Origin: Cenarchaeum sp.
GTDB taxonomy: Archaea; Thermoproteota; Nitrososphaeria; Nitrososphaerales; Nitrosopumilaceae
Direction: 5' to 3'
DNA: 64,000 bases
Assembly: GCA_963692915.1 (NCBI GenBank)
Contig: OY843584.1
Location: 1,120,001-1,184,000, forward strand
Below, in pieces: positions 16,217 to 25,498 of the stretch (positions are counted from its first letter, which is position 1; every line of letters begins with the position of its first letter). The notes under the pieces are model-generated. The model worked only from the letters and a program-made list of their open reading frames with translations. It was not told the DNA's origin and did not search any database. Both the position numbers and the translations under genes were made by a program.

Positions 16217-18493
16217 TCACGCGTGATCCAGTTCAGTCTGCAGCGCAAGACATATGCGATCTATGGTGTCCGGCGGGAGCGGTGTGGTGGCGCAGTCGTT
16301 CCTGATGAAAAATGTGTTATAGTGCATGTCCACGTGCTTGACAAGGAGTATGCCCCCAAGGCCAGGCCTGCGCTGAAGCCTGTCATGGAGAAGCTTGCGC
16401 AGATCCTTGCTGTAAAACTCGCCCCAGTCACATTCGACAGCCAGGATCGACTGTTCTCCTGTAAAGTATTCTATCTGCTTTTTGTCCATTATCCTGCAGC
16501 AAAGGTCCGGAATCGAGGCAGCATCGAGACGGGCACTGTCGGCAGTTGTAAGGAGGAGATCAAGCGGAAAGTATGCCTCGATGTAACAGTCTTCCACTAG
16601 CAGGTCAAGGCATCCCCTGTCAGCAATTGTCGGACAGGGTTTGATATTTTTAAAATGGGATGCACAGTGTGCGTATAGATTTATCTCTAGGAGCATCTTC
16701 CAGAGCTCCGAGGCGCGGATGCCATGTGTCCATGGTTTGGAGCCGAGTTTTGGGTCAATGCGCAGCTTTTTCATTGTCTTTAGAGTCGTTTCGAGCTCCT
16801 CTAGCGCCCCGTTGGGGTAATATCGCAGGTTTTGTTTCTGTGCCTGACGGTAAATTCCCATCTGCGCCGATATGTGGCGAGCCAGATCCGACTTTGACGC
16901 CACCATTTGGCCGATATGCTTCTCTATATGCAGAAAGCCATGTGAGAGCGGACGTTGGTCGAGGATCCATGAATTGAGCTCATCGGCGCTGTACACCCTT
17001 CGACGCTGCATAATGTCAAATTCGAGCTCGCGAGCACTTTTCAACGCATCTCCGTGGTAATGCGCGAGCGCCAGGCCCAGCCCGAGTGCCCCAGATCTTT
17101 GCTCAAGGATGGTTCCGCACCGCCGTACGATGGAGTCCGCATTCTCGGGGCGACACCTTTCCATTGGGGCAAGAATTATGCCGATTATGGACTCGGGCAG
17201 CCGTGATGCGGCGATCCTTTGCGAGTCAGCGCCGCCAAAGTCCACCATTGCCCCACATATGTCACATGCCTCGCCATAAAGACTGCGATCCAGGTAGAGC
17301 GTTGTCATGACTGCGTCTATGAACTCATCAGGAATTCCGGAGCCAAATCGCGCCATGTCTAGTATGTGGCGCTTTGTGGCCTCCCCCACTGTCACGTCCT
17401 TTGACACGTATGTCAGCATGAACGACAACGTGCTGCGCAGCTCGCCAATGTGCTGTATTCGCACGCGCCCAAGGCGCTTGACCACAAGATCAAGCTCGCG
17501 ACGCGCCTCTTGTTCTGTATGGATTGAGCCACGCTGTGGGGGTTTTGACTCTGGAAACTTGGAAAACGCGCACCGGAACGGGTATTTCTCAACGGCTGAC
17601 GGCCGAGACCCGTCATCATGCTGGAGTCGCCGTTCCATAATGACGCGCGCAGTTCGCGATATTGCCTCAGGCGCAAGAGCCCCGTCACGTGGAATCGCGA
17701 TATCCACCCCTAGCGCATCGATGCGCCGGGCCAGAATGTCACTGCAGGACTTTGCAATTTTTGGATCCATTTCTGTTCTCTGTGCAATGGCGTGTTTGGC
17801 GAGCCTTTCAATCGAGGCCTCTGGAACAGTGGAGGCCAGCGCACACTGTGCGTCCTCGTAATCAAAATCCATAATCTTGTGGCATATGGCGAACACATCC
17901 CCATACTGTCCACGCTTTATGCAAAGCTCGTCGATAATTGCAACAGGCACGTCATCCCCAAATCCAAATCCAAACCTAGATCTAGAGCCAAACCTCACCA
18001 TGTCCGCCACATAATTCTGCGCCGCAGAGCCGATCCCTGCGCCATCATCAAGGCGCATAGCCAGGTCACGCAGCTGTGATTTCCAGGAGTCAAGGCTCGA
18101 CACGTACGCGTCCATGAATTGTGTGCAGACAGAGCGGATTGCCGGGAGCAAGTCATCTAATGTAGTTACAGAGTTCAGCGTGCTGATGTGAACCAGCTCG
18201 CACTCTATGGCAATGATGTACTCTAGATCACTGTCCACGCTTGCCAGCTCGTCACGAAGGCGAACCCAGGAGGCCAGACCCGATGTGGGCTCGATTGTGT
18301 CCAGTAGCCGAAGCGCGCGCTTTTTGGCATCCCCGCCACCTGCCATGTCGGACAGGCCGTTGCGCACACGAGTCAGGATATTTTTGCGCGTGTCGTTGCG
18401 CGGGTGATCCCGCAGCGGTGGCTTGACGGATGGCGCACCGGGGCCACGCTCCGAGCCTGTAGGCTGTCCTGCGCGCCGTGTCCCGTCTGCCAT
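16217..18493 (-). CDS. Large protein with two internal helical repeats and a C-terminal PD-(D/E)xK-like domain
   Basis: Probable start MADGTRR at 18493 (TTAAG box upstream); repeats DM.RFGS...YG....IC..(I/M).DF...D.Q...AS..PE; C-terminal LLEINLY...LDLLVEDCYIEAYFP. Confidence 0.7.
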   Translation of the reverse strand: MADGTRRAGQPTGSERGPGAPSVKPPLRDHPRNDTRKNILTRVRNGLSDMAGGGDAKKRALRLLDTIEPTSGLASWVRLRDELASVDSDLEYIIAIECELVHISTLNSVTTLDDLLPAIRSVCTQFMDAYVSSLDSWKSQLRDLAMRLDDGAGIGSAAQNYVADMVRFGSRSRFGFGFGDDVPVAIIDELCIKRGQYGDVFAICHKIMDFDYEDAQCALASTVPEASIERLAKHAIAQRTEMDPKIAKSCSDILARRIDALGVDIAIPRDGALAPEAISRTARVIMERRLQHDDGSRPSAVEKYPFRCAFSKFPESKPPQRGSIHTEQEARRELDLVVKRLGRVRIQHIGELRSTLSFMLTYVSKDVTVGEATKRHILDMARFGSGIPDEFIDAVMTTLYLDRSLYGEACDICGAMVDFGGADSQRIAASRLPESIIGIILAPMERCRPENADSIVRRCGTILEQRSGALGLGLALAHYHGDALKSARELEFDIMQRRRVYSADELNSWILDQRPLSHGFLHIEKHIGQMVASKSDLARHISAQMGIYRQAQKQNLRYYPNGALEELETTLKTMKKLRIDPKLGSKPWTHGIRASELWKMLLEINLYAHCASHFKNIKPCPTIADRGCLDLLVEDCYIEAYFPLDLLLTTADSARLDAASIPDLCCRIMDKKQIEYFTGEQSILAVECDWGEFYSKDLRKLLHDRLQRRPGLGGILLVKHVDMHYNTFFIRNDCATTPLPPDTIDRICLALQTELDHA

Positions 18494-18978
18494 GCCTCCA
18501 CGGGCAAGCCGGCCCCCGCTTAAGTCTATTTCTGCGAGCCCACACGGGCAGACATCACAAAAAACAGAAATTTGTGATGAGCAGGAGTGATCAGCGCAGG
18601 CAGCAGATCTTTGTTCAGTTATAGCGAGAAGTGCGCGAGGATGGCTCACGAGGCGACGAATCAGGCCAGAGGCGCCGGCGTGCCTCAGGCCAGTGATCTC
18701 TTGGAAGGAGCGAACCGTGATGCACGAGTTTTTGCAGTGTCCCGGCATGGACATCGCCGTCTGTGGCGGTGACGTATTTGCAGCAAACGAGTCGACAGAA
18801 GTGGCTAAAAGGCAATAACCGCCCACCCTGGCGAGCCGGTATACATTCACGGCAATACGATCCTGTGCACATCAGCACGGGTATGCCCATTCTCCTGCAG
18901 GAGCACGGTGTTGGCGCATCTCCATGGGTGATGCCGATGCAGCGTGCCAGCAATCCCATTCACAAATCTGCAGGTTCA

Positions 18979-19000
18979 TCATGACACCAGAGTGTCATGA
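18979..19000. promoter_or_regulatory. Perfect 9-bp inverted repeat TCATGACAC-caga-GTGTCATGA
   Basis: Directly visible at the island/core boundary; function unknown. Confidence 0.45.
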
Positions 19001-19094
19001 GATACGCCAGGGGCATGACGCCGGGACACACAGGCGCAGCAGGAATCTGGCAATGGCCTAAAACTAATTAATGCCCCACTGCCCGCACCATGCC

Positions 19095-19373
19095 ATGTCC
19101 CAGAGAAGAGTCCACATACACGTGTCAGGAACCGTGCAGGGCGTCTATTACAGGCTCACGATGCAAAAGTCCGCCGCAGCGCACGACGTTGTGGGCTGGG
19201 TGCGCAACATGGAGGACGGCAGGGTCGAGGCAGTCATCGAGGGCGATGCGGACGGCGTCGAGCGCGTGCTCGAATGGTGCGCGCGCGGGCCGGGTGCAGC
19301 AAAGGTAGACGGAGTCTCTAGTGCAGAGGAGGAGCCGACTGGCGAGTTTGCGTCCTTTGACATACGCGACTAG
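19095..19373 (+). CDS. acyP: Acylphosphatase
   Basis: VSGTVQGVYYR, GWVRN..DGRVE motifs. Confidence 0.95.
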   Translation: MSQRRVHIHVSGTVQGVYYRLTMQKSAAAHDVVGWVRNMEDGRVEAVIEGDADGVERVLEWCARGPGAAKVDGVSSAEEEPTGEFASFDIRD

Positions 19374-19678
19374 ACGCGCCCGTAGGCGGCAGCTATCGCA
19401 TCACGCACACGTTTCATGTCATCGCCGGCGCGCACGGTCAGCACGCTGGGTTCTGCGCGCCTCCCCTCGTTGAGCCTCACGATAACAGAGTCCCCGTCAG
19501 GTGACACGTCGGCAAACCAGCGCATCGCCATCGACCTGCCAAACACGACCCTGTGCATGCGCACGTGCTCGACGACGCCAGGCCCAATCGTCATGCACAG
19601 CTCGCGCAGGAGGACGAGTGCCTTGCGTGCCGAACCGGCATCATGCAAGAGATCCCCAAACGTCCTCGGCGCGTCCAT
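19370..19678 (-). CDS. Conserved hypothetical protein (DUF5655/YdhG-like)
   Basis: Start trimmed to ATG 19678 because the longer ORF overlaps the SRP RNA; core-type codon usage. Confidence 0.65.
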   Translation of the reverse strand: MDAPRTFGDLLHDAGSARKALVLLRELCMTIGPGVVEHVRMHRVVFGRSMAMRWFADVSPDGDSVIVRLNEGRRAEPSVLTVRAGDDMKRVRDAIAAAYGRV

Positions 19679-19708
19679 CGTGCGCGCACGCGCACGGCCA
19701 AATATGTA

Positions 19709-20024
19709 GGTAGCAGGCCCGGTGGCCCCACCATAGGCCGGCGACCCCATCTCCCGGCGCGCAAGATCCACCACGTTGACGGGGAAGCGTGGATGCTCCG
19801 ACTTAGGGCTGCTCCCTCCCGGACCTGGCCCATTTCGACGGCTCGCCCATGGGGTTCGGCCCTTCGGCCGGCCCCTGTGCTGCAACCACCCGCCCCGGCG
19901 TGGCTTCATGTCCGCTCGCCAAGCGGGAACCGTCAACCTAGGGATTTACCCACCAGTTGCTGGCCTCTGCGTATAGCCGGTTTCAGAACGGGGCACGGCT
20001 AGCACCCCGGCCCTCCCTGCTACC
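19709..20024 (-). ncRNA. ffs: Archaeal SRP (7S) RNA
   Basis: Helix-8 motif GCCAGGUCCGGGAGGGAGCAGCC on the minus strand; 5' GGUAGCAGG pairs with 3' CCUGCUACC; ~316 nt; AT-rich box ~25 nt upstream. Confidence 0.92.
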
Positions 20025-20085
20025 GCACGGCCCGCCGGCGCCGAGGTATATTTGCCTAAGGGCGCGCGTGGGCGTGGCGCTGCGC

Positions 20086-21021
20086 CTAGGTGGCCGTCTC
20101 TGGCGTCTTGGCCTGCAGTCCCTCCAGCGTCAGGCATGCGGCGCACTGGATACCAGTGCACGGGGCGCCGCAGCGCGAGCACGCCGATGCGGCAGCCTGC
20201 GGGCTCGCCGAGCGCAGCCTTGAGGCGATGCTGACAGCCGAGCGGTACATGCCGTTCTTTATGCCGCTGTGTCGCGACTCTAGCGCGTTGAGAAACTCGC
20301 GAACCTCCGTGCGCACGCCCTCGTTCATGTGCGGGCACGACTCGGACTGGAACGGGAGCGACTCAGAGTATGCGTAAAACGCGATCTCGGCCTCATAGAT
20401 GTCGCAGAACGGCTTTATCCTCCTCGTGCCCGTTCTTGCCGGCGCGTCGGGGTCTGTGCGCGCAATCCTGCCAATGTCACCGGACATCATGTTGATCAGC
20501 GTTGTCTGCACAATGTCATCCAGGTTGTGCGCAGTGGCCACAGAGTCCGCATCAAGCTCGGATGCGGCAATGTCAAGGGCTCGGCGCCGCAGGGTTCCGC
20601 ATATCGAGCATGACGTCGGGCGCGAGTCTGACTCTAGTGCGGACTCTAGCGTTGTCCCAAAGAGGCCCTCGTACGAGTACACGTGGTGGCCCAGTCCAAG
20701 TGACGAGCAGAACGTGGAGACGATGGATAGCGCCTCGTCCCTGTATCCGGGTATTCCCTCGTCGATCGTGACGGGAACCAGCTCGACGCCCTTTTTTGGC
20801 GCCATTTTGATGAGGACGTGCAGGAGGGCGAGTGAGTCCTTGCCGCCAGACACGCCAACGCAGATGCGCTCTCCCCGTTTCATCATCGCGTGGCGCGAGA
20901 TGGCCGCAGCCGTCTTTTTTTGTATCGAGCGCGCAAAGCACGATGAGCACAGTGACTCGCCCGAGTATCTGCGCGTGTATGCCGGCGGTGCGCCGCATAT
21001 GCACACAGGCGTGCCGCTCAA
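20086..21021 (-). CDS. tRNA 2-thiolation protein, Ncs6/Ctu1/TtcA family (TIGR00269)
   Basis: SGGKDS PP-loop, CSICG.LRR, TAHNLDD, terminal CxxC zinc fingers; start approximate. Confidence 0.92.
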   Translation of the reverse strand: MSGTPVCICGAPPAYTRRYSGESLCSSCFARSIQKKTAAAISRHAMMKRGERICVGVSGGKDSLALLHVLIKMAPKKGVELVPVTIDEGIPGYRDEALSIVSTFCSSLGLGHHVYSYEGLFGTTLESALESDSRPTSCSICGTLRRRALDIAASELDADSVATAHNLDDIVQTTLINMMSGDIGRIARTDPDAPARTGTRRIKPFCDIYEAEIAFYAYSESLPFQSESCPHMNEGVRTEVREFLNALESRHSGIKNGMYRSAVSIASRLRSASPQAAASACSRCGAPCTGIQCAACLTLEGLQAKTPETAT

Positions 21022-22220
21022 ATCGTAAACCAGCCGGACTTTGCGTACGAGAGGCCGATGTTTAGCGCAAAGAGCGCAAACGTCACGCCGTATATGGCCC
21101 ACATGGCCACATTGAGGCGCGCCTCAGAGAGGCGGGCCGAGAGGAGTATGTGGACAAACTTGCCGCCATCGAGTATCGGCAGCGGGAGCATGTTGATGAT
21201 TCCGATAAAGAACGATATCATCCAGAGCCAGAGGAGGAACATCGAGACAGACGGGTTGTCCCAGGCGATATAGTCGTGTATTGGCTTGAATGCGGCCGTA
21301 TTGTCGCGCATGATGCCGACTAGGCCGACGGACGGGTCATTTGGCGAGGGCATTATCTCGACCTCCATGGAGATCTCCTCGCCCCCGCGCAGTATGCGCA
21401 GGTCAGCCGTGTCGCCTGGCTCTAGGCCTGCGCGCGAGAGATCCACAAACGAGGCTATCTCTAGGCCGTTGACGCCGACTATCTTGTCTCCGGCGAGGAT
21501 TCCGGCGCGCTCGGCACCAAGGCCCTCCATGACCGAGAGGACGCCGACGCCGCCGGGCGTCTCATAGAACGCGTCAACTAGGGGGTCAGGCAGCACGATC
21601 GCAAAGACGGGGTTTGTCAGCAGCAGCGCGCCGAGGACCATCGAAAAGGCAACGTTGGCAGTCGCGCCGGCCCCGATGACGCGCAGTCGCGAGAGGCGGC
21701 GGGCAGATTCAAACGCCTTTTCATCAGGCTCGACAAAGCCGGCAAAGAGTGCGATAAAGACGGCAAATCCCCCGTTCTTTATGCGGATCCTCTCAAGGGC
21801 CGCCACGATACCGTGGGCGCCCTCGTGCATGATAAGGACTATTGGTATCGAGAGCAAAAAGAACGCGATTGCAGGTCCCGACGTGAGTGTCACGCCGGGT
21901 ATGAGGACCGTGACCTCGGCGAACTCGGTAGGCGCATCAAAGTAGGCCGTAACGTTTGCGGCAAGGAAATAGAACGCAAAGGCCATCATTGCAAATCCCG
22001 CAACGACGCTCACGTCGGCAAATATCCTCACGGCCCTGCGCGTGCGCGAGAGGAGGCGCTCGAGGACGTCGTTGACTGACTCGTTCCTGTACACGAGGCT
22101 GTACGGCTTTAGCGAAAAGCCGTGCCTGTCAAGGCCGCACGCCTTGGCTAGGACTATGGTGATGACCCACGCGATGAGCACGTAGACTATGGGGTTCTCG
22201 GATATGAACTCTAGTACCAT
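21018..22220 (-). CDS. Site-2 protease (M50) with PDZ domain
   Basis: HEGAH, NMLPLPILDGG, PDZ insert. Confidence 0.95.
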   Translation of the reverse strand: MVLEFISENPIVYVLIAWVITIVLAKACGLDRHGFSLKPYSLVYRNESVNDVLERLLSRTRRAVRIFADVSVVAGFAMMAFAFYFLAANVTAYFDAPTEFAEVTVLIPGVTLTSGPAIAFFLLSIPIVLIMHEGAHGIVAALERIRIKNGGFAVFIALFAGFVEPDEKAFESARRLSRLRVIGAGATANVAFSMVLGALLLTNPVFAIVLPDPLVDAFYETPGGVGVLSVMEGLGAERAGILAGDKIVGVNGLEIASFVDLSRAGLEPGDTADLRILRGGEEISMEVEIMPSPNDPSVGLVGIMRDNTAAFKPIHDYIAWDNPSVSMFLLWLWMISFFIGIINMLPLPILDGGKFVHILLSARLSEARLNVAMWAIYGVTFALFALNIGLSYAKSGWFTI

Positions 22221-22264
22221 TCTGACGCGCACGTTTTTTAGGCACGGGGGTTTATACCTTGCCC

Positions 22265-22609
22265 ATGGGACTGGCGATGGTCATCACGACATACGCAGAC
22301 ATGGCGTCAGCTCGAACCGAGGCGCAGCGCATGGTCAGGGCGCGACTTGCCGCGTGCGCAAGCATGACTCCCGTGACGTCGATATACGAGTGGAACGGCG
22401 CAATGCAGGATGCCGGCGAGGTCATGACAATATTCAAGACGGCGCAGGACAGGGCAGGCGCGCTGCGCGAGGCCATACTGGCGGGTCACGCGTACGACAC
22501 GCCCGAGGTCATTACGCTTGATGCCGAGTCGGCCGGCCCCTACATGGACTGGGTCTGCGCGCATGTCGGCTCAGGTGCCAAATCGCAGGGTCGCGATAAC
22601 GCCGCCTAG
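22265..22609 (+). CDS. cutA: Divalent cation tolerance protein CutA
   Basis: LAAC, SIYEW.G, H.YDTPEVI, Y.DW. Confidence 0.92.
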   Translation: MGLAMVITTYADMASARTEAQRMVRARLAACASMTPVTSIYEWNGAMQDAGEVMTIFKTAQDRAGALREAILAGHAYDTPEVITLDAESAGPYMDWVCAHVGSGAKSQGRDNAA

Positions 22610-23608
22610 GCCAGAGACGCGCATCCCGACGTCGGTGCTCGTGTCAACGGCATAGACGTCCGCGCCGCCTGACTCGGCGTCATTGAGGAGGCGGACTGCG
22701 GCATCCTCGCCGGCATCAGCTAGCAGGCGGTCAGAGAAGACGACTGCCGAGGCTGCGCGCGAGGTTACCGCACGCAGGACGTCAGCATGGCCCATCGCAT
22801 ACAGCCTCGAGCGCGAACCGGCCATGCGCATGACCTCCTCGACTATCTCGAGGACGCGCGCGAGCTTTGAGCCAGACATGATCTCGCGCATCATGGCCGA
22901 CTTTGCGAACGTGTGGATGCCATCCTCACCGCCCGAGTCGATGCCCTCGATGACGTGCGCCTCGAGTCCCTCTATCTTGTCGAGCTCGGCGCACACGCGC
23001 CTCTTCTCCTCGCCTGGCCCAAATACGACGAGACCGTCGCCGGCGTGTGCGATCGACGAGACGGCAACGCGAACGCCGGCGCGGTATGCCGTCGCATCAG
23101 TGCTCACGCGGTAGCGCTTGCCGGCAATTCCCGAGTATATGTTGGGGAGTATGTGGAGGTGCGTGCCGACAAGCCTTGCGATTCCGCACTCGCGCGTGTC
23201 AGTGGCAACAAGTATGAACGCGCGCGCCGCGCGCGTGCGGCCGAGGAGGCGCCTGTGGAGCGGTGTCCATGACCTCTTGCTGATCGTGATGCGCTCACCC
23301 GGCGTCACCGTTATCGAGTGGTGCGAGCCGTGACTGACTGACTCGTGGCTCGAGCCAGTTATCGGGCCGGATACTCGCAGACGGTCAAGGACGCTGTCAA
23401 GGGATGCGCGCTCGACTCGCAGAGTTATACGAATACGCACACGCTCGCCCCTGTCAGGGCGCGCGTGCTCGCGCTCTGCCTTTATTGCGCGCGTCGTGCT
23501 TGCAGTCACTAGGTCTCCCGGCGCAAGAACGCGCCGGAGCGCTATGAGGTCATCGGGTTCCTCGGGCGTGACGTGCATCGAGCCGTCGGCTGCGCGCGAG
23601 GATATCAT
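22571..23608 (-). CDS. pelA: Pelota mRNA surveillance protein
   Basis: PEEPDDL, eRF1 domains, GLGGVIATLRF. Confidence 0.93.
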   Translation of the reverse strand: MISSRAADGSMHVTPEEPDDLIALRRVLAPGDLVTASTTRAIKAEREHARPDRGERVRIRITLRVERASLDSVLDRLRVSGPITGSSHESVSHGSHHSITVTPGERITISKRSWTPLHRRLLGRTRAARAFILVATDTRECGIARLVGTHLHILPNIYSGIAGKRYRVSTDATAYRAGVRVAVSSIAHAGDGLVVFGPGEEKRRVCAELDKIEGLEAHVIEGIDSGGEDGIHTFAKSAMMREIMSGSKLARVLEIVEEVMRMAGSRSRLYAMGHADVLRAVTSRAASAVVFSDRLLADAGEDAAVRLLNDAESGGADVYAVDTSTDVGMRVSGLGGVIATLRFGT

Positions 23609-23638
23609 GCGCCGACTACCGCAAACCTCATGGCGAGC

Positions 23639-24046
23639 CTAGGACCCGTCGGTCTTGCCCTCGCGCTTTTGCTCGGCATAGTTCTCTATCCACTTTAGGT
23701 CGACGACGCCGGCCTGGGCCATGTTGACTATGGTGTGGTCAGAGGCCACACCGGTGACCTTGCCGCTGTACTTGCCCTGCTGGCGCCACTTTAGCGACGT
23801 GTTGCCGCTCTTTGAGTTGTATATGACGCCGAGGACGTCGCGCGCGTTGACGAATGTGATTCCGCGCATGTCCTTGAGCGTCACCTTGTCGGCGGCCTCG
23901 ACGTATATCACGCCGGGCTCCTCGGAGCGCTCGGGGAATATCTCTGAATCATCAAGGTAGCTCTGGGGCGCAAAGGACTCGCACGTGCTCGCCATGATGA
24001 ACCTCCTAAAGCTGTCTAGTGACGCAGACGCGTCTATCTCCACCAT
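23639..24046 (-). CDS. Conserved thaumarchaeal hypothetical protein
   Basis: MVEIDASASLDSFRRF...; strong core codon bias; upstream extension rejected because it overlaps the sRNA. Confidence 0.8.
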   Translation of the reverse strand: MVEIDASASLDSFRRFIMASTCESFAPQSYLDDSEIFPERSEEPGVIYVEAADKVTLKDMRGITFVNARDVLGVIYNSKSGNTSLKWRQQGKYSGKVTGVASDHTIVNMAQAGVVDLKWIENYAEQKREGKTDGS

Positions 24047-24121
24047 CGGGGCGCACCGCCATGCATGCCGTTTATCAAGGTTTTTCAAGGGTCGCCCGTG
24101 CGCTGTGCCCTTAGGCACGGC

Positions 24122-24183
24122 GCGGGCTGTGATGAGCGCATCCTGATGAGGCAGATGATCTGGATCTTGAGTTCTGAGCCCGC
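24122..24183 (+). ncRNA. Box C/D guide sRNA
   Basis: Terminal stem GCGGGC/GCCCGC; box C GUGAUGA 24129-35; D' CUGA 24143-46; C' AUGAUCU 24155-61; D CUGA 24174-77. Confidence 0.85.
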
Positions 24184-24206
24184 AAGAATCGCCCTGGGTG
24201 CCCTCC

Positions 24207-24371
24207 CTAGCCAAAGTCCGTGTCGCGCTTTTGGCTGCCTGACTCGTTGGCCCTCGCGGCGGCGCGGAACTCGTCTTCGTGGTTCTGCGGTCCGTGGCCA
24301 CAGCTCACACACGCTATCTTGAAGCCGTTCTCGTTTCGGACATACTCGTCACACCCGCAAAAGCACGCCAT
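24207..24371 (-). CDS. 54-aa Cys/His zinc-finger microprotein
   Basis: MACFCGCDEYVRNENGFKIACVSCGHGPQNHEDEFRAAARANESGSQKRDTDFG*; TTATAA ~27 nt upstream; below the ORF-track cutoff. Confidence 0.75.
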   Translation of the reverse strand: MACFCGCDEYVRNENGFKIACVSCGHGPQNHEDEFRAAARANESGSQKRDTDFG

Positions 24372-24410
24372 CGCGCGCGGCGTGCGGCACGGGGACGTTA
24401 TAACGCTTTA

Positions 24411-24776
24411 CTAGCTTCCAAGCATCTTGCCAGCAAGGTTGTCGCGCCGGCGAATCCACTTGAGTTCAAGCGAGGAGAACTCGCCGATGATGGGCCATAT
24501 CTCCCTGGCAAGCGCGCGCAGCGAGTCGTTGTTTATCCCGTACTGGTGTTTTACCTGTGAGACCATCGTCTGTGAATCGCTGTATATCGTGATCTTCTCT
24601 GACTGTGCGCCCTCTGAGCTCAGCCACTCAAGGGCGAGCTTTAGGGACATGTATTCGGCCTCCATGTTTGTCAGGTTTTGCGCACGCTCATAGCTGGACT
24701 TGCCGGACTCTTTTACGAAAAATCCAAACTTTGGGTCATCACCGGCGCCACCATCGATGTATATCGTCATGGCCAT
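24411..24776 (-). CDS. rnhA: Ribonuclease HI
   Basis: IYIDGG, TNMEAEY, IYSDSQ, WIRR..N.A. Confidence 0.9.
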   Translation of the reverse strand: MAMTIYIDGGAGDDPKFGFFVKESGKSSYERAQNLTNMEAEYMSLKLALEWLSSEGAQSEKITIYSDSQTMVSQVKHQYGINNDSLRALAREIWPIIGEFSSLELKWIRRRDNLAGKMLGS

Positions 24777-24829
24777 CGACGCGCGTGGCGCGCAGGGCGC
24801 GATATAAGCGTGATTGTGGCCGCGCAGGC

Positions 24830-25135
24830 TCACTCGAGTGCCAGGCGCAAGAGTATGGCAAGTCCGGCAAGCTCGGCGATGCCGACTGCTAGCATATACG
24901 GGAATATCGCATGCGAGAATAGATCATCCATCGAAAAGTATGCCAGCGCGCCTATCGCGTTGTGCAGGATCAGGAGCGAGGAGACGAGCATCATTCCCAG
25001 GGGCAGGCGCGCGCTCGTCGCCTGGCGCATCCTCGCATAGACTGCGATGAGCACGGAGAGTATTCCAATGTTTGCGAGCGACACGGCAGACAGTGCCGCA
25101 GACGTGGCCTCCATCATGCGTGTGTGTGACAACAT
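24830..25135 (-). CDS. Small three-TM membrane protein
   Basis: Three hydrophobic helices; co-oriented with the wHTH gene. Confidence 0.8.
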   Translation of the reverse strand: MLSHTRMMEATSAALSAVSLANIGILSVLIAVYARMRQATSARLPLGMMLVSSLLILHNAIGALAYFSMDDLFSHAIFPYMLAVGIAELAGLAILLRLALE

Positions 25136-25138
25136 GGT

Positions 25139-25465
25139 TTATTTGCTTTTTTCCAGTTTTGCTGCGATCTCGTCAAACGTGGCCATGTTTGCCTCTAGGA
25201 GCGCAGAGGCCGAGTACGTCACGGCATAGCGTTCGCCGGCGCTTGAGACCATGCCGTCGCGCGTGAGAACCCTGAGATGGTGCTGCACGGCCTTATAGTC
25301 CACGCCTAGCGCGCCGGCCAGCTGGTTTGTGTTCATGGGCCGATCACGCAGAAGCGATATGATGCTGGTTCGCATGGGCCCGCCGCGCGTGCCGGCAAAG
25401 AGCATCCACAGCAGCCTCCTTGTGTACGGGTCGCTTGCCAACGTCACAGGCACACGGGCCGCCAT
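25139..25465 (-). CDS. ArsR-like winged-HTH transcription regulator
   Basis: LLW.LFAGTRGG..R, P.N.NQLA..L..DYK..QHHL.VL. Confidence 0.9.
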   Translation of the reverse strand: MAARVPVTLASDPYTRRLLWMLFAGTRGGPMRTSIISLLRDRPMNTNQLAGALGVDYKAVQHHLRVLTRDGMVSSAGERYAVTYSASALLEANMATFDEIAAKLEKSK

Positions 25466-25498
25466 GCTATAATAGCTCACGCGACACGTGCGTGCGCC

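Noticed and set aside
18494-18850. 119-aa N-terminal extension of the large protein, or a separate pseudogene
   Set aside because: Non-protein-like composition and a TATA-like box before 18493; no recognisable homology in other frames.
19679-20338. ORFs overlapping 19709-20024
   Set aside because: Region is explained by the SRP RNA and the Ncs6 gene.
24047-24322. Extension of the 23639 ORF and a possible tRNA in this gap
   Set aside because: No cloverleaf or TTCRA motif; better explained by the C/D sRNA and the zinc-finger microprotein.
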